DNA from: an uncultured Acidobacteriota bacterium
Lineage (GTDB): Bacteria; Acidobacteriota; JAQAZP01
Direction: 5' to 3'
NCBI GenBank assembly: GCA_963836075.1
Contig: CAWIIB010000009.1
Span: 1,792,001 to 1,856,000 of the forward strand
DNA: 64,000 nucleotides
Both the position numbers and the translations under genes were made by a program. Below are positions 39,739-49,695 of the stretch, piece by piece (within the stretch, counting starts at the first letter, position 1; every line of letters begins with the position of its first letter). The notes under the pieces were generated by a model. The model was given only the letters and a program-made list of their open reading frames with translations. It ran no database searches and was not told where the DNA came from.

Positions 39739-40240
39739 TGCTGACCGCTGCAACGGCTGTCGGGGATGCGAGATCGTCTGCTCCGCCTTTCACGCCGAGC
39801 CGAAATACAGCAGCGTCAATCCGGCGCGGTCCCGCGTCCGGGTGATCAGCCACCGGCTGAAAGACATCTGGCTCCCGCTGTTCGCCGGTGAGTACGTGGC
39901 CACCGAATGTGCCGGCCGCGACATCTACACCATCGACGGCAAGGAATACGACGAGTGCGGTTTCTGCCGGGCCTCCTGCCCGTCGAGGGACCTGTTCAAG
40001 GAACCCGATTCCGGGTTGCCGCTGAAATGCGACATGTGCGAGGGCGAGGAGGGCGGGCCGCTCTGCGTCCAGTGGTGCCTCAACGACGTGCTGGTCTACG
40101 AGGAGGTTGAGGTGGAGGTGGACGAAGAGGACGAAAAGCCGAAGCCGGAGGAGTTGGAAATAGGGCTTGAGTCGCTGGCCGACAAGTATGGGGCGCAGCA
40201 GCTGCTGGACGCCGTGGCTCGAATGAACAAGAAAGACTGA
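39698..40240 (+). CDS. bamC: Class II BCR ferredoxin-like Fe-S subunit
   Basis: CNGCRGCEIVCSAFH, YDECGFCRASCPSR and PLKCDMC; directly after bamB. Confidence 0.9.
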   Translation: MAKVKKIIKRIKVDADRCNGCRGCEIVCSAFHAEPKYSSVNPARSRVRVISHRLKDIWLPLFAGEYVATECAGRDIYTIDGKEYDECGFCRASCPSRDLFKEPDSGLPLKCDMCEGEEGGPLCVQWCLNDVLVYEEVEVEVDEEDEKPKPEELEIGLESLADKYGAQQLLDAVARMNKKD

Positions 40241-40365
40241 CAAAACCTCAGCTTGCGGCCCGATAGCGGCGTTGCCGGCTTCCTCGAAATGCTCACATAC
40301 CATCAGAGTATGCTGCGCTTTCTCGTCAGCCGGCGCCTTGCTCTCGAACCTCAGCTGAGGTTTTG
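40241..40365. repeat. Palindromic MITE-like element
   Basis: Terminal inverted repeat CAAAACCTCAGCT...AGCTGAGGTTTTG with internal arms GCCGGCT/AGCCGGC and CATAC/GTATG. Confidence 0.7.
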
Positions 40366-40417
40366 AAGCCGGTCGGTGGCGAAACTTCGAAATGCAAACA
40401 ACAGGATTCATAAAACA

Positions 40418-41569
40418 GTGGAAACAGTAAACCCGTTCATTGAAGTGCTCGAAGAGATCAAGGAGTCGGGCGGCGACGCCTTCCGGCTCTGCTTCCAGTG
40501 CGGCAAGTGCGACACCGTCTGCCCCTGGAACCATTTTCGGCAATTCAGCATCCGCAAGATCATCCGCGAGGCCTCCTTCGGCCTGACCGAGATCGAAAGC
40601 GAGGACATCTGGCGCTGCACCACCTGCGGTACCTGTGCCGAGCAGTGCCCGCGGGGTGTGGAACAGATCACCCTCGGCGTCTCCCTGCGCAAGATCGCGG
40701 CGAACTACGATGTTGTTCACGCGTCGGCCAAACCGGTGAAAGCGGCACGGACCAGCCTGACCGACGAGGGAAATCCGCTGAACGAGAATCGGGCGGAGCG
40801 GGCCGCCTGGGCCGAGGGCCTGTCGGTGAAACCGTTCACCGAGGAAACGGAAATCCTCTTCTTCGGCTGCTGCTACCTCAGCTATGACCCGCGGATGAAA
40901 AAGGTGGCCCGGGCAACTGCCGAGATCCTGAACAAGGCCGGCGTGAACTACGGCATCCTGGGCAGCAGTGAGAGCTGTTGCGGCGAGAGCATCCGCAAGA
41001 CCGGGGCGGAAGACACGTACAAGAAGCTGGCCAAAGAGAACATCAAGGCCTTCATCGACAACGGGGTGAGAAAGATCGTGGTCTCCTCTCCCCACTGTTA
41101 CGAAGCCTTCAAGAACGAGTACGCCGAGTTCATGGTGAACTTCGAGGTCATTCATATGACCCAGTTCCTGCTCCAGCTGGTCAGGGATGGGCGTCTGGAA
41201 ATCACCGGGAGATACGAAAAGACGCTGACCTACCACGACCCCTGCTACCTGGGCCGGCACAACAACATATTTGACGAGCCCCGGGAACTGCTGAGCAGCG
41301 TGCCGGGCCTGACGCTGCGGGAGATGGCCGCCTCCCGCCGCAACAGCCTCTGTTGCGGCGGCGGCGGCGGACGGGTCTGGATGGAAACACCCAAGGGCGA
41401 GCGGTTTTCCGATCTCCGGGTGGAACAGGCACGCGCCATCGGGGCCGAAGTGCTGGTGACGGCGTGTCCTTATTGCATATCCATGTTCGAGGACAGCCGC
41501 CTGACCCTCGAAGCGGAAGACGATATCGAGATCAAGGACATTACGGAAATCGTTCGGGAAGTTATTTGA
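40418..41569 (+). CDS. bamD: Class II BCR HdrC/HdrB-like (CCG-domain) subunit
   Basis: CFQCGKCDTVCP, CTTCGTCAEQCP, CCGES, YHDPCYLGR and CCGGGG; GTG start. Confidence 0.88.
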   Translation: METVNPFIEVLEEIKESGGDAFRLCFQCGKCDTVCPWNHFRQFSIRKIIREASFGLTEIESEDIWRCTTCGTCAEQCPRGVEQITLGVSLRKIAANYDVVHASAKPVKAARTSLTDEGNPLNENRAERAAWAEGLSVKPFTEETEILFFGCCYLSYDPRMKKVARATAEILNKAGVNYGILGSSESCCGESIRKTGAEDTYKKLAKENIKAFIDNGVRKIVVSSPHCYEAFKNEYAEFMVNFEVIHMTQFLLQLVRDGRLEITGRYEKTLTYHDPCYLGRHNNIFDEPRELLSSVPGLTLREMAASRRNSLCCGGGGGRVWMETPKGERFSDLRVEQARAIGAEVLVTACPYCISMFEDSRLTLEAEDDIEIKDITEIVREVI

Positions 41570-41598
41570 ACGTGGCGTGAAACCACTTCGAAGGAATT

Positions 41599-44500
41599 AT
41601 GAACCCGGAAGGACGAAGGCAAGTGGAAAAAATCTCAGTTGACAGGAATCTCGGAGATGTCCTGGTGGTGGGCGGCGGGATCAGCGGCATTCAGGCCGCC
41701 CTGGACATGGCCGCCGCCGGCTTCAAGGTCTACCTGGTGGAGAAGGGGCCGAGCATCGGCGGTCACATGGCCCAGCTGGACAAGACCTTTCCCACCAATG
41801 ACTGCTCCACGTGAATACTCGCACCTAAAATGGTCGAGTTCGGCCGTCATCAAAATATCGAAGCCCTGACCTACGCTGAAGTTGACAACGTGGAAGGTGA
41901 GGTCGGTGACTTCACGGTCACCGTGACCCGCAAGCCCCGCTACATCGACGAGGACATCTGCACCGGCTGCGGCATCTGTATGAAATACTGCCCGGTGGAT
42001 ATTCCCGATCCCTACAACCAGGGGCTGTCCAGCAACAAAGCGATCCATATCTACTTTTCCCAGGCCATTCCCCTGGTCACCTACATCGATCAGAGCTGCC
42101 TCAAGCTCAAGGAGGGCAAGTGCGACATCTGTACCGGTGTCTGCCAGCCCAGGGCCATCGACTTCAGGCAAACCGCCGAGAAGATCGAACTGAACGTGGG
42201 GACCATCATCCTGTCCGCCGGCATCGCGCCGTTCGATCCCGCCGTGGTGGATGAGTACGGCTACAAGAAATATCAGAACGTGGTCACCAGCATGGACTAC
42301 GAGCGGCTGCTCTCCGCCACCGGCCCGTACCAGGGCGAGATCCTGCGCGCCACCGACCGCAAACATCCCAAAAAGGTGGCCTGGCTGCAGTGCGTCGGCT
42401 CGCGCAAGGTCACCCCGGGGGAGAACAGCTACTGCTCCGGAGTCTGCTGCACCTATACCCAGAAGCAGGTGATCCTGACCAAGGACCACGAGGCCGAGGC
42501 GGAGTGCACGGTATTCCACAACGACATCCGCGCCATCGGCAAGGATTTCGAGCGCTACTACCAGAGAGCCGAAGACCTGCCCGGGGTGCGCTTCATCAGA
42601 AGCTACACCTCGGTGGTGCGGGAAATTCCGGAGAGCGGGAACGTGGTGGTGCGCTACTCCACCCCCGATGAAGGCGTGAAAGAGGAAGAATTCGAGATGG
42701 TGGTGCTGTCGGTGGGATTGAATCCGCCCGCCGACCACCAGGAGCTCTCCCATACCTTCGGCATCGGCCTCAATCCGCACGGGTTTCCCGAAACACCGCT
42801 GGAGAATCCCATGGCCACCACCCGGCCCGGGGTCTTTGTCAGCGGCGCCATGCAGGGGCCCATCGACATTCCGGAGTCGGTGTTCAGCGCCAGCGGCGCC
42901 GGCGCCCAGTGCGGTGAAGCGCTGCACTACCGCCGGGGCAAGTTGACCGAGGAGAAGACCTATCCGCCGGAGCGGGACACGGCCCGGGAGGAGCCGAGAA
43001 TCGGCGTCTTCGTCTGCCACTGCGGGGCGAACATCGGCAGCGTGGTGAACGTGCCTTCCGCCGTGGAATATGCCTGGACACTGCCCAACGTGGTTCACGC
43101 CCAGGAACAGCTCTTCTCCTGCGCCACCAATGCCGTCAGGGAGATCACCGATCTGGCGGAACAGAAAGGGCTCAACCGGGTGGTGATTGCCGCCTGCTCT
43201 CCCAGGACCCTGGAGGAACTGTTCCGCGACACCCTGCGTGAAGCGGGGCTCAACCAGTATTACCTGGAGATGGCCAACATCCGGGAGCAGTGCTCCTGGG
43301 TCCACTCGAAGGAAAAGGAAGCCGCCACCAGGAAATCGAAGGACATCATCAGGATGTCGGTGGCCCGGGCCGCCCACCTGGAGCCGCTGCAGGAGTTCGA
43401 CCTGCCGGTGAACAAGACCACCCTGGTGATCGGCGGCGGGATCGCCGGAATGACCTGTGCGCTGTCCATCGCCAACCAGGGCTACATGGTACACCTGGTG
43501 GAGAAGGACAAGCGTCTGGGCGGGATGGCGCGACGGATCCACAGCACCCTGGAGGGGATGGATGTCCAGGCCTATCTGGACGAGATGATCCAGTCGATCT
43601 ACCGCAACCCGATGATCCATGTATCGCAGGAAGCCAGCATCAGGGACGTTTCCGGATACGTGGGGAACTTCACCACCATCGTCGAATCCCAGGGCCGGGT
43701 GAAGAAGATCGATCACGGCGCCGCGGTCATCGCCATCGGGGCTGACGTCTACCAGCCGGCCGAATACCTCTACGGCGAGGACGACCGGGTGCTGACCCAC
43801 CTCGAACTGGGCGAGAAAATCGCCGGGAAGGACGAGGCGGTGGCCAACGCCCAGAGCCTGGTGATGATCCAGTGCGTGGGGTGCCGGAACGAGGACCGCA
43901 ACTACTGCAGCCGGGTCTGCTGCAGCCACGCTATCAAGAACGCCCTGAAGCTGAAAGAGATCAACCCCGGGATGGCGATCTACATCCTCTTCCGGGACAT
44001 GCGGACTTACGGCTTCAAGGAAGACTACTACCGGGAAGCGGCGGACAAGGGTGTGAACTTCATCCAGTACTCGCCGGAGAACGGGCCCGAAGTGGAAGCG
44101 GGCAAGAACGAGGCGGGCCAGCCCTGCCTCAAGGTCAGCGTGCCGGACCTCATTCTGGGCAACCGTCTGGAGCTGGACGCCGACATCCTGTCCCTGGCCG
44201 CTGCCGTGGTCCCCTCACCGGCGACCAGGGAGGTTGCCGGCCTGTTCAGGGTCACCCTGAATCCGGACCAGTTCTTCAAGGAGGCCCACGTCAAGCTGCG
44301 GCCAGTGGAGTTTGCCGCCGACGGCGTCTATCCTCTGCGGCATGGCGCACTACCCGAAGCACATCGAGGAGACGGTCAACCAGGCGTATGGCGCCGCCGG
44401 CCGGGTGCTGACCATGATGTCCCACGACACCGTGGTGGCTTCGGGTTCCGTGGCCGAGGTGGAAGAGTACGATTGCGTGTCCTGCGGGGCCTGCATCACC

Positions 44501-44701
44501 GCCTGCACCTATGAGGCCATCGAGTTCTGCGACACGCCAAAGGGCAGGAAAGCCCGGGTGAACCCGATCCTCTGCAAGGGGGATGGCCTCTGTGTGGCCA
44601 AGTGTCCCACCAGCGCCATCGCGCTGAAGCACTTCACCGACGAGGCGCTGCTGAGCCAGATCGATGCGGCGGAGGAAGTAAAAATGGGGGCTGGCTCCTG
44701 A
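41599..44701 (+). CDS. bamE: Class II BCR HdrA-like flavoprotein; selenoprotein (UGA 41812-41814); +1 frameshift near 44330
   Basis: GGGISG...[23 protein letters not shown], with UGA at the conserved Cys of HdrA CxxC; GVFVCHCG, second GGGIAG and C-terminal ferredoxin motifs. Confidence 0.88.
41830..41847 (+). promoter_or_regulatory. Putative bacterial SECIS hairpin ATGGTCG-AGTT-CGGCCGT
   Basis: Stem-loop with G in the apical loop about 23 nt downstream of the UGA. Confidence 0.55.
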
Positions 44702-44737
44702 TTTCCGCAGGAAATCGGTACCTGTCCCCGATTTTTA
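44679..44737. repeat. REP-like palindrome, copy 2 (supplies the bamE stop codon)
   Basis: AAAAATGGGGGCTGG...GATTTCC GCA GGAAATC...CCTGTCCCCGATTTTT. Confidence 0.75.
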
Positions 44738-44763
44738 GAAGCTAAAAAAGGAGGTGAATAGCA

Positions 44764-45534
44764 ATGGCCGGCGGTCCTGGATTCAAACCCAAAATCATCG
44801 GGTTCGTGTGCCACTGGTGAGCATACGGAGCCGCTGATGCCGCGGGAGTATCCCGCCTGCAGTACAAGAACGAGATCAGGCTGATTCGCGTCATGTGTTC
44901 CGGCCGGGTGGACCTGGAGTTCATCTTCCGGGCCTTTGCCCGAGGTCAGGACGGCGTGTTGATCGGCGGTTGCAAGCTGAACGAGTGCAACTACGCCACC
45001 CACGGTAATTTCGATGCCCTGAGCAATACATATATCAGTAAAAATATCCTGCAGCGGATCGGCGTGAACCCCGAGAGGCTGAGCATCGAGTTCATGTCCG
45101 GCGGCGAAGGCAACCGCCTGGCTGACGTGATCAACGGTTTCACCGACAAGGTCAAGGAGCTGGGCCCCCTGGGTGAGGCCGAGGGGATCGAGAAGCACGC
45201 ACTGAAACTCTCTCTTGATGCCGTTCGAAAGCTGGTGCCCTACCTCAGGCTGGTGGAACGGGAGAAGCTGAGGGTCCCTGTGCGGTCCGAGGAGGGGTAT
45301 CGCGAGTTCTTTGCCAGCGAGGAAATCAACCGGCTGTTCGACGAGCTGGTGGGCGACAACCTGGCCATCAGCCGGATCGTCATGCTGCTGCGGGAGAAGC
45401 CGCTGTCAACTGCGGAGATATCCACATCTCTTGGCCTGAACCCGTCCGACGTGGCCAGGCATATGAAGAGCTCATCGAGGCAGGGGCTGGTCAATTACGA
45501 CATGGACAGCAGCTGCTATTCCGTGGCCCATTGA
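44764..45534 (+). CDS. bamF: Class II BCR MvhD-like subunit; selenoprotein (UGA 44818-44820)
   Basis: AGGAGGTG RBS, then MAGGPGFKPKIIGFVCHW-UGA-AYGAADAAG...RVMCSGRVD; C-terminal HTH-like extension. Confidence 0.9.
44842..44856 (+). promoter_or_regulatory. Putative bacterial SECIS hairpin GCGGGA-GTA-TCCCGC
   Basis: Perfect 6-bp stem with G-containing loop about 28 nt after the UGA. Confidence 0.65.
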
Positions 45535-45580
45535 AAAATGGGGACTGGCAACCGTCTTCGGGTGCCTGTCCCCGATTTTT
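45534..45580. repeat. REP-like palindrome, copy 3
   Basis: AAAAATGGGGACTGGCAACCGTCTTCGGGTGCCTGTCCCCGATTTTT at the bamF stop. Confidence 0.8.
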
Positions 45581-45624
45581 ACGAAGCAATTTTTGTTGCA
45601 TTCATAACAACACACCATGAGTGA

Positions 45625-46080
45625 ATGATGTGCACCGATAAAATCGACCAGATCATCGACCGGCACCGGGGCGAGGCGAGCCAGCTCAACCAGGTCCTGC
45701 TGGAGATTCAGCGCGAATACAACTGGCTGCCCAAGGCGGCGCTGCAGCGGGTCGGCGAGAGGCTGCAGGTCCCCCTGTCCCTGATCCAGCACATCGCCAC
45801 TTTCTACAAGGCGTTCAGCGTGGTTCCCAAGGGCCGGCACCAGGTGCACGTCTGCGTGGGTACGGCCTGTCATGTCCGCGGGGCCACACGAATCCTGGAC
45901 ACGGTGCAGGAGCACACCGGCATCAACCCCGGGGAAACGGATCTGGAGCTCAAGTACAGCCTGGAAACGGTCAGCTGCCTCGGTTGCTGCGCCCTGGGCC
46001 CGGTGCTGGAAATCGACGGCAAGACCCATGGCAAGGTCACCACCGCTGAAACCGCCGACATCTTGGAACAGTACACCTGA
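45625..46080 (+). CDS. bamG: Class II BCR NuoE-like [2Fe-2S] subunit
   Basis: CVGTACHVRGA and CLGCCALGP. Confidence 0.88.
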   Translation: MMCTDKIDQIIDRHRGEASQLNQVLLEIQREYNWLPKAALQRVGERLQVPLSLIQHIATFYKAFSVVPKGRHQVHVCVGTACHVRGATRILDTVQEHTGINPGETDLELKYSLETVSCLGCCALGPVLEIDGKTHGKVTTAETADILEQYT

Positions 46081-46088
46081 GGAACACT

Positions 46089-48017
46089 ATGGCGTTGCTG
46101 AATTCGCCCCAGGAACTGGAGACCTTCAGGCAGGAGCTGTCCGCCCGGCGAGACCCGGACGCGCCCTGCATCTCCATCTGCGCCGGCACCGGATGTCTGG
46201 CATACGGCGCCGCCGAACTGATCGCCGCATTCGAAGCCGAGCTGCAGAAGCAGGGTCTGGCCGCCACCGTCAGCACCAAGGGCACCGGGTGCCACGGGTT
46301 CTGCGAGCGGGGGCCGGTGGTGGTGATTCACCCCGAGGAGACCTGCTACCTCGGCGTCAAAATCAAAGACGTGCCCGAGATCGTCACCACCACCATTGGG
46401 GAGAAGAAGGTGGTGGACCGGCTGGTTTTCAAGGATCCCAACACCAAGGAGCCGGCCGTCCGCGAGTCGGAGATCACCTTCTACAAGCACCAGCAGCGGC
46501 ACCTGCTCTCCAACAACACCCGGATTGATTCCCGGAGCATCGACGACTACCTGGCCATCGAGGGCTACTCCGCGCTGAGCAAGGCGCTGTTCCAGATGAG
46601 CGATGTGGAGGTGCTGGAGGAAGTGAAGAAGGCCAACCTCCGGGGCCGGGGCGGCGGCGGTTTCCCTGCCGGCCGCAAGTGGGAGGGATCGCGCAATGCG
46701 CCTGAAAAAACGAAATATGTGATCATCAACGCCGACGAGGGCGACCCCGGGGCCTTCATGGACCGGACGCTGCTGGAGGGGAACCCGCACTCGATCCTCG
46801 AGGGGCTGATCATCGGCGGTTATGCCATCGGGGCGCACGAGGGGTTCATTTACGTCCGCCAGGAATACCCGCTGGCGGTGGAAAACTTCAACCGCGCCTT
46901 GGAGCAGGCCGAGGAATACGGCTTCCTGGGCAAGAACATCCTCGGTTCCGGGTTCGACTTCACCGTCCAGGTGCACAAGGGCGCCGGCGCCTTTGTCTGT
47001 GGTGAGTCCACCGCACTGATGACCGCACTGGAAGGCCGGGTGGGCGAGCCCCGGCCAAAGTATGTGCGCTCCAACATCAAGGGGCTGTGGAACAAGCCCA
47101 GTGTGCTGAACAATGTGGAAACATGGGCCAACGTCCCGCTGATCGTCAACCGGGGGGCAGACTGGTTCACCAGTTTCGGCACCGCAGGCAGCAAGGGCAC
47201 CAAGATCTTCTCTCTGGTGGGCAAGATCAACAACACCGGCCTGGTGGAAGTGCCCATGGGCATCACCCTCCGCGACATCATCCACAAGATCGGCGGCGGT
47301 ATCCCCGGCGGTAAGCAGTTCAAGGCGGTGCAGACCGGCGGGCCGTCCGGCGGTTGCATCCCCGAGCGGCTGCTCGACCTGGAAGTCGGTTTCGACGAAC
47401 TGACCGAAGCCGGGTCGATGATGGGCTCCGGCGGGTTGGTGGTGATGGACGAGGACACCTGCATGGTGGATGTGGCCAGGTTTTTCATCCACTTCCTCAC
47501 CGATGAATCGTGCGGCAAGTGTGTCCCCTGCCGTGAAGGCCTGAGGCAGATGGATACGATCCTCACGCGGATCACTGAAGGCCGGGGCCGGGAGGGCGAC
47601 ATCGAGACCCTGGAGGAACTCTCCGAGCTGGCCATGGAGGCCTCGCTCTGCGCCCTGGGCAAGAGCGCCCCCAACCCGCTGCTCAGCACGTTGCGCTACT
47701 TCAAGGACGAGTACGAGGCCCACATCAATGACCAGCGCTGCCCGGCGCTCTCCTGCAAAGAACTGATCAACTTCTACATCGAGCCGGAGAAATGCCTGGC
47801 CTGCATGATCTGCCTCAGGAAGTGCCCGGTGGATGCCATCGACGGCGGCAAGAACAAGATCCATTACATCATCCAGGACAAGTGCACAAACTGCGGGACC
47901 TGCTTCGAGGTCTGCCCGGCCAAGTTCGATGCGGTGAAGAAACTGTCGGCCGAACCGGTTCCTCCCCCGATCCCCGAAGAGCAGCGGACCATCGTCAGAA
48001 AGAGTAAAAAGAAATGA
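46089..48017 (+). CDS. bamH: Class II BCR NuoF-like FMN/NADH subunit
   Basis: LRGRGGGGFP, NADEGDPGAFMDR, SCGKCVPCREG and C-terminal 2x[4Fe-4S] motifs. Confidence 0.9.
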   Translation: MALLNSPQELETFRQELSARRDPDAPCISICAGTGCLAYGAAELIAAFEAELQKQGLAATVSTKGTGCHGFCERGPVVVIHPEETCYLGVKIKDVPEIVTTTIGEKKVVDRLVFKDPNTKEPAVRESEITFYKHQQRHLLSNNTRIDSRSIDDYLAIEGYSALSKALFQMSDVEVLEEVKKANLRGRGGGGFPAGRKWEGSRNAPEKTKYVIINADEGDPGAFMDRTLLEGNPHSILEGLIIGGYAIGAHEGFIYVRQEYPLAVENFNRALEQAEEYGFLGKNILGSGFDFTVQVHKGAGAFVCGESTALMTALEGRVGEPRPKYVRSNIKGLWNKPSVLNNVETWANVPLIVNRGADWFTSFGTAGSKGTKIFSLVGKINNTGLVEVPMGITLRDIIHKIGGGIPGGKQFKAVQTGGPSGGCIPERLLDLEVGFDELTEAGSMMGSGGLVVMDEDTCMVDVARFFIHFLTDESCGKCVPCREGLRQMDTILTRITEGRGREGDIETLEELSELAMEASLCALGKSAPNPLLSTLRYFKDEYEAHINDQRCPALSCKELINFYIEPEKCLACMICLRKCPVDAIDGGKNKIHYIIQDKCTNCGTCFEVCPAKFDAVKKLSAEPVPPPIPEEQRTIVRKSKKK

Positions 48018-48616
48018 GCGAAAAGGTCCACCTGAAGATCGATGGAAGAGACATTGAAGCCGAACTGGGGATGACCGTCCTGGAGGCAGCCCGCAGTGCG
48101 GGGATCCCGATTCCCACCCTCTGTCACCACGAGAGGCTGGAACCGCTGGGCGGGTGCCGACTGTGCATGGTGGAACTGGACTTCGGCGACTGGAAAAAAC
48201 ACGTTGTTTCCTGCGTCTACCCGGTGGAGGAAAACCTGGTGGTCAAGACCAGGACCGAAAAGGTGGACCGGATCCGCAAGGGCCTCCTCGAACTGCTGCT
48301 GGCCCACGCTCCGGACGCACCCCGGCTGCGGGAAATGGCCGAGGAATACGGTGCGGACAAGGACCGCTTTGCCAAGGATACCTCGTTCTGCATTCACTGC
48401 GGCCTCTGTGTCCGATACTGTGCCGAGGTGGTGAAAAAGCATGCCGTGGGATTCATCGACCGCGGCATCCGCAAGGAGATCAGCTTCATTCCCGAGATTG
48501 CCGCCAGGGAGTGCAACGCCTGCAAGGAGTGCTTCCCACTCTGCCCGACCTCGTATCTTCAGGCCGCCTTCGTGCTGGTGGAGTCCCTCGTCTTCCCCCG
48601 CGGAGGGGATGGGTAA
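48014..48616 (+). CDS. bamI: Class II BCR NuoG N-terminal-like Fe-S subunit
   Basis: IPTLC...GGCRLCMVE, CIHCGLCVRYC and CNACKECFPLCP. Confidence 0.88.
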   Translation: MSEKVHLKIDGRDIEAELGMTVLEAARSAGIPIPTLCHHERLEPLGGCRLCMVELDFGDWKKHVVSCVYPVEENLVVKTRTEKVDRIRKGLLELLLAHAPDAPRLREMAEEYGADKDRFAKDTSFCIHCGLCVRYCAEVVKKHAVGFIDRGIRKEISFIPEIAARECNACKECFPLCPTSYLQAAFVLVESLVFPRGGDG

Positions 48617-48660
48617 AATGGGGACTGGCAACCGCCTTCGGGTGCCTGCCCCCGATTTTA
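48614..48660. repeat. REP-like palindrome, copy 4
   Basis: TAAAATGGGGACTGGCAACCGCCTTCGGGTGCCTGCCCCCGATTTTA at the bamI stop. Confidence 0.8.
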
Positions 48661-48673
48661 CAAGGAATCGGCA

Positions 48674-49507
48674 GTGCGCAAGAACACCGAACAGCACCAG
48701 GCCTCCCGCATCGGTGACGGACAGAGCGAACCTCTGACCCTCGACCTGATCGCTGAAGAACCGCTCCTGATCCGGATTGATGACAAGCCCTATTCCACCG
48801 TGATGCGCACACCGGGGGACGAAGTCTTTCACGCGGCCGGCTTCTGCCTTGCGGAGGGGATCATCGATCTGCGGCAGGACATGGCCGACATCATGTACAA
48901 CGAACGCCAGGACGAGAACGAGATCGACGTCCAGCTCAACCCCGAACGGCGTGAGCAGATCCCCGAGGTCCTCAATCGCCGGGTGTATGTCAGCCAGACC
49001 AGCTGCGGTATCTGCGGCAAGCAGCTGGTTGAGGACCTCTACCAGAAACTGACCCCGGTGGAGAGCAGCTTCGAGATCGAGCCGGGCCAGGTGTTCAAAT
49101 GCCTCGACGCCCTGTCCGAACACCAGAAGTGCCACAAGGTGACCCGCAGCGCCCATGCCGCACTGATCCTTGACGAGAACCTGGCCGCCATCGCCTTCGC
49201 CGAGGACGTCGGCCGCCACAACGCCCTGGACAAGGCCATCGGCAAGTGCCTGATGACCGACTGTCTGCCCGACGCCCGTGTCCTGGTCCTCTCCTCCCGG
49301 GTCAGCTACGAGTTGGTGCAAAAGGCCGCCCGGGCCCGCCTGCCGCTGATCATCAGTTTCTCCCGACCCACCGCCATCGCCGCGGAAATGGCTGCGGCCC
49401 TTAACATGACGCTCGCGTTTCCTGGCAAGGGTTCTGAGCTGGTTGTGCTCTGCAACGAAAGACGCATCAGAATTGAGAACTCCAGGGCCTTGGGTGACCG
49501 TACATAA
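48674..49507 (+). CDS. fdhD: Formate dehydrogenase accessory sulfurtransferase
   Basis: EEPL, MRTPG, TSCGICG and EDVGRHNALDKAIG. Confidence 0.92.
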   Translation: MRKNTEQHQASRIGDGQSEPLTLDLIAEEPLLIRIDDKPYSTVMRTPGDEVFHAAGFCLAEGIIDLRQDMADIMYNERQDENEIDVQLNPERREQIPEVLNRRVYVSQTSCGICGKQLVEDLYQKLTPVESSFEIEPGQVFKCLDALSEHQKCHKVTRSAHAALILDENLAAIAFAEDVGRHNALDKAIGKCLMTDCLPDARVLVLSSRVSYELVQKAARARLPLIISFSRPTAIAAEMAAALNMTLAFPGKGSELVVLCNERRIRIENSRALGDRT

Positions 49508-49695
49508 ACTCGTGGTGACAATCGTCCCGGGACCCGGTGCTCTATGGCCCATCGACCCGCGGTCTGGTAATACTGTACAATTCCGACACCAATGGAATGG
49601 TTAGTCGATAGCCGTGACCCGGGGCAGGGCAGCGGTGTTTCCGCCTCCAGTCGCGCGGGAGAACATCAGGGTTTTTAACGTTCGAGGTCGAACTG

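Noticed and set aside
40418-45534. Methanogen-type heterodisulfide reductase
   Set aside because: The Hdr/Mvh-like genes are embedded in the bam operon and have BamDEF architecture.
45625-48616. Respiratory complex I (nuoEFG) or a hydrogenase
   Set aside because: No membrane nuo genes or hydrogenase catalytic subunit; position after bamBCDEF identifies them as bamGHI.
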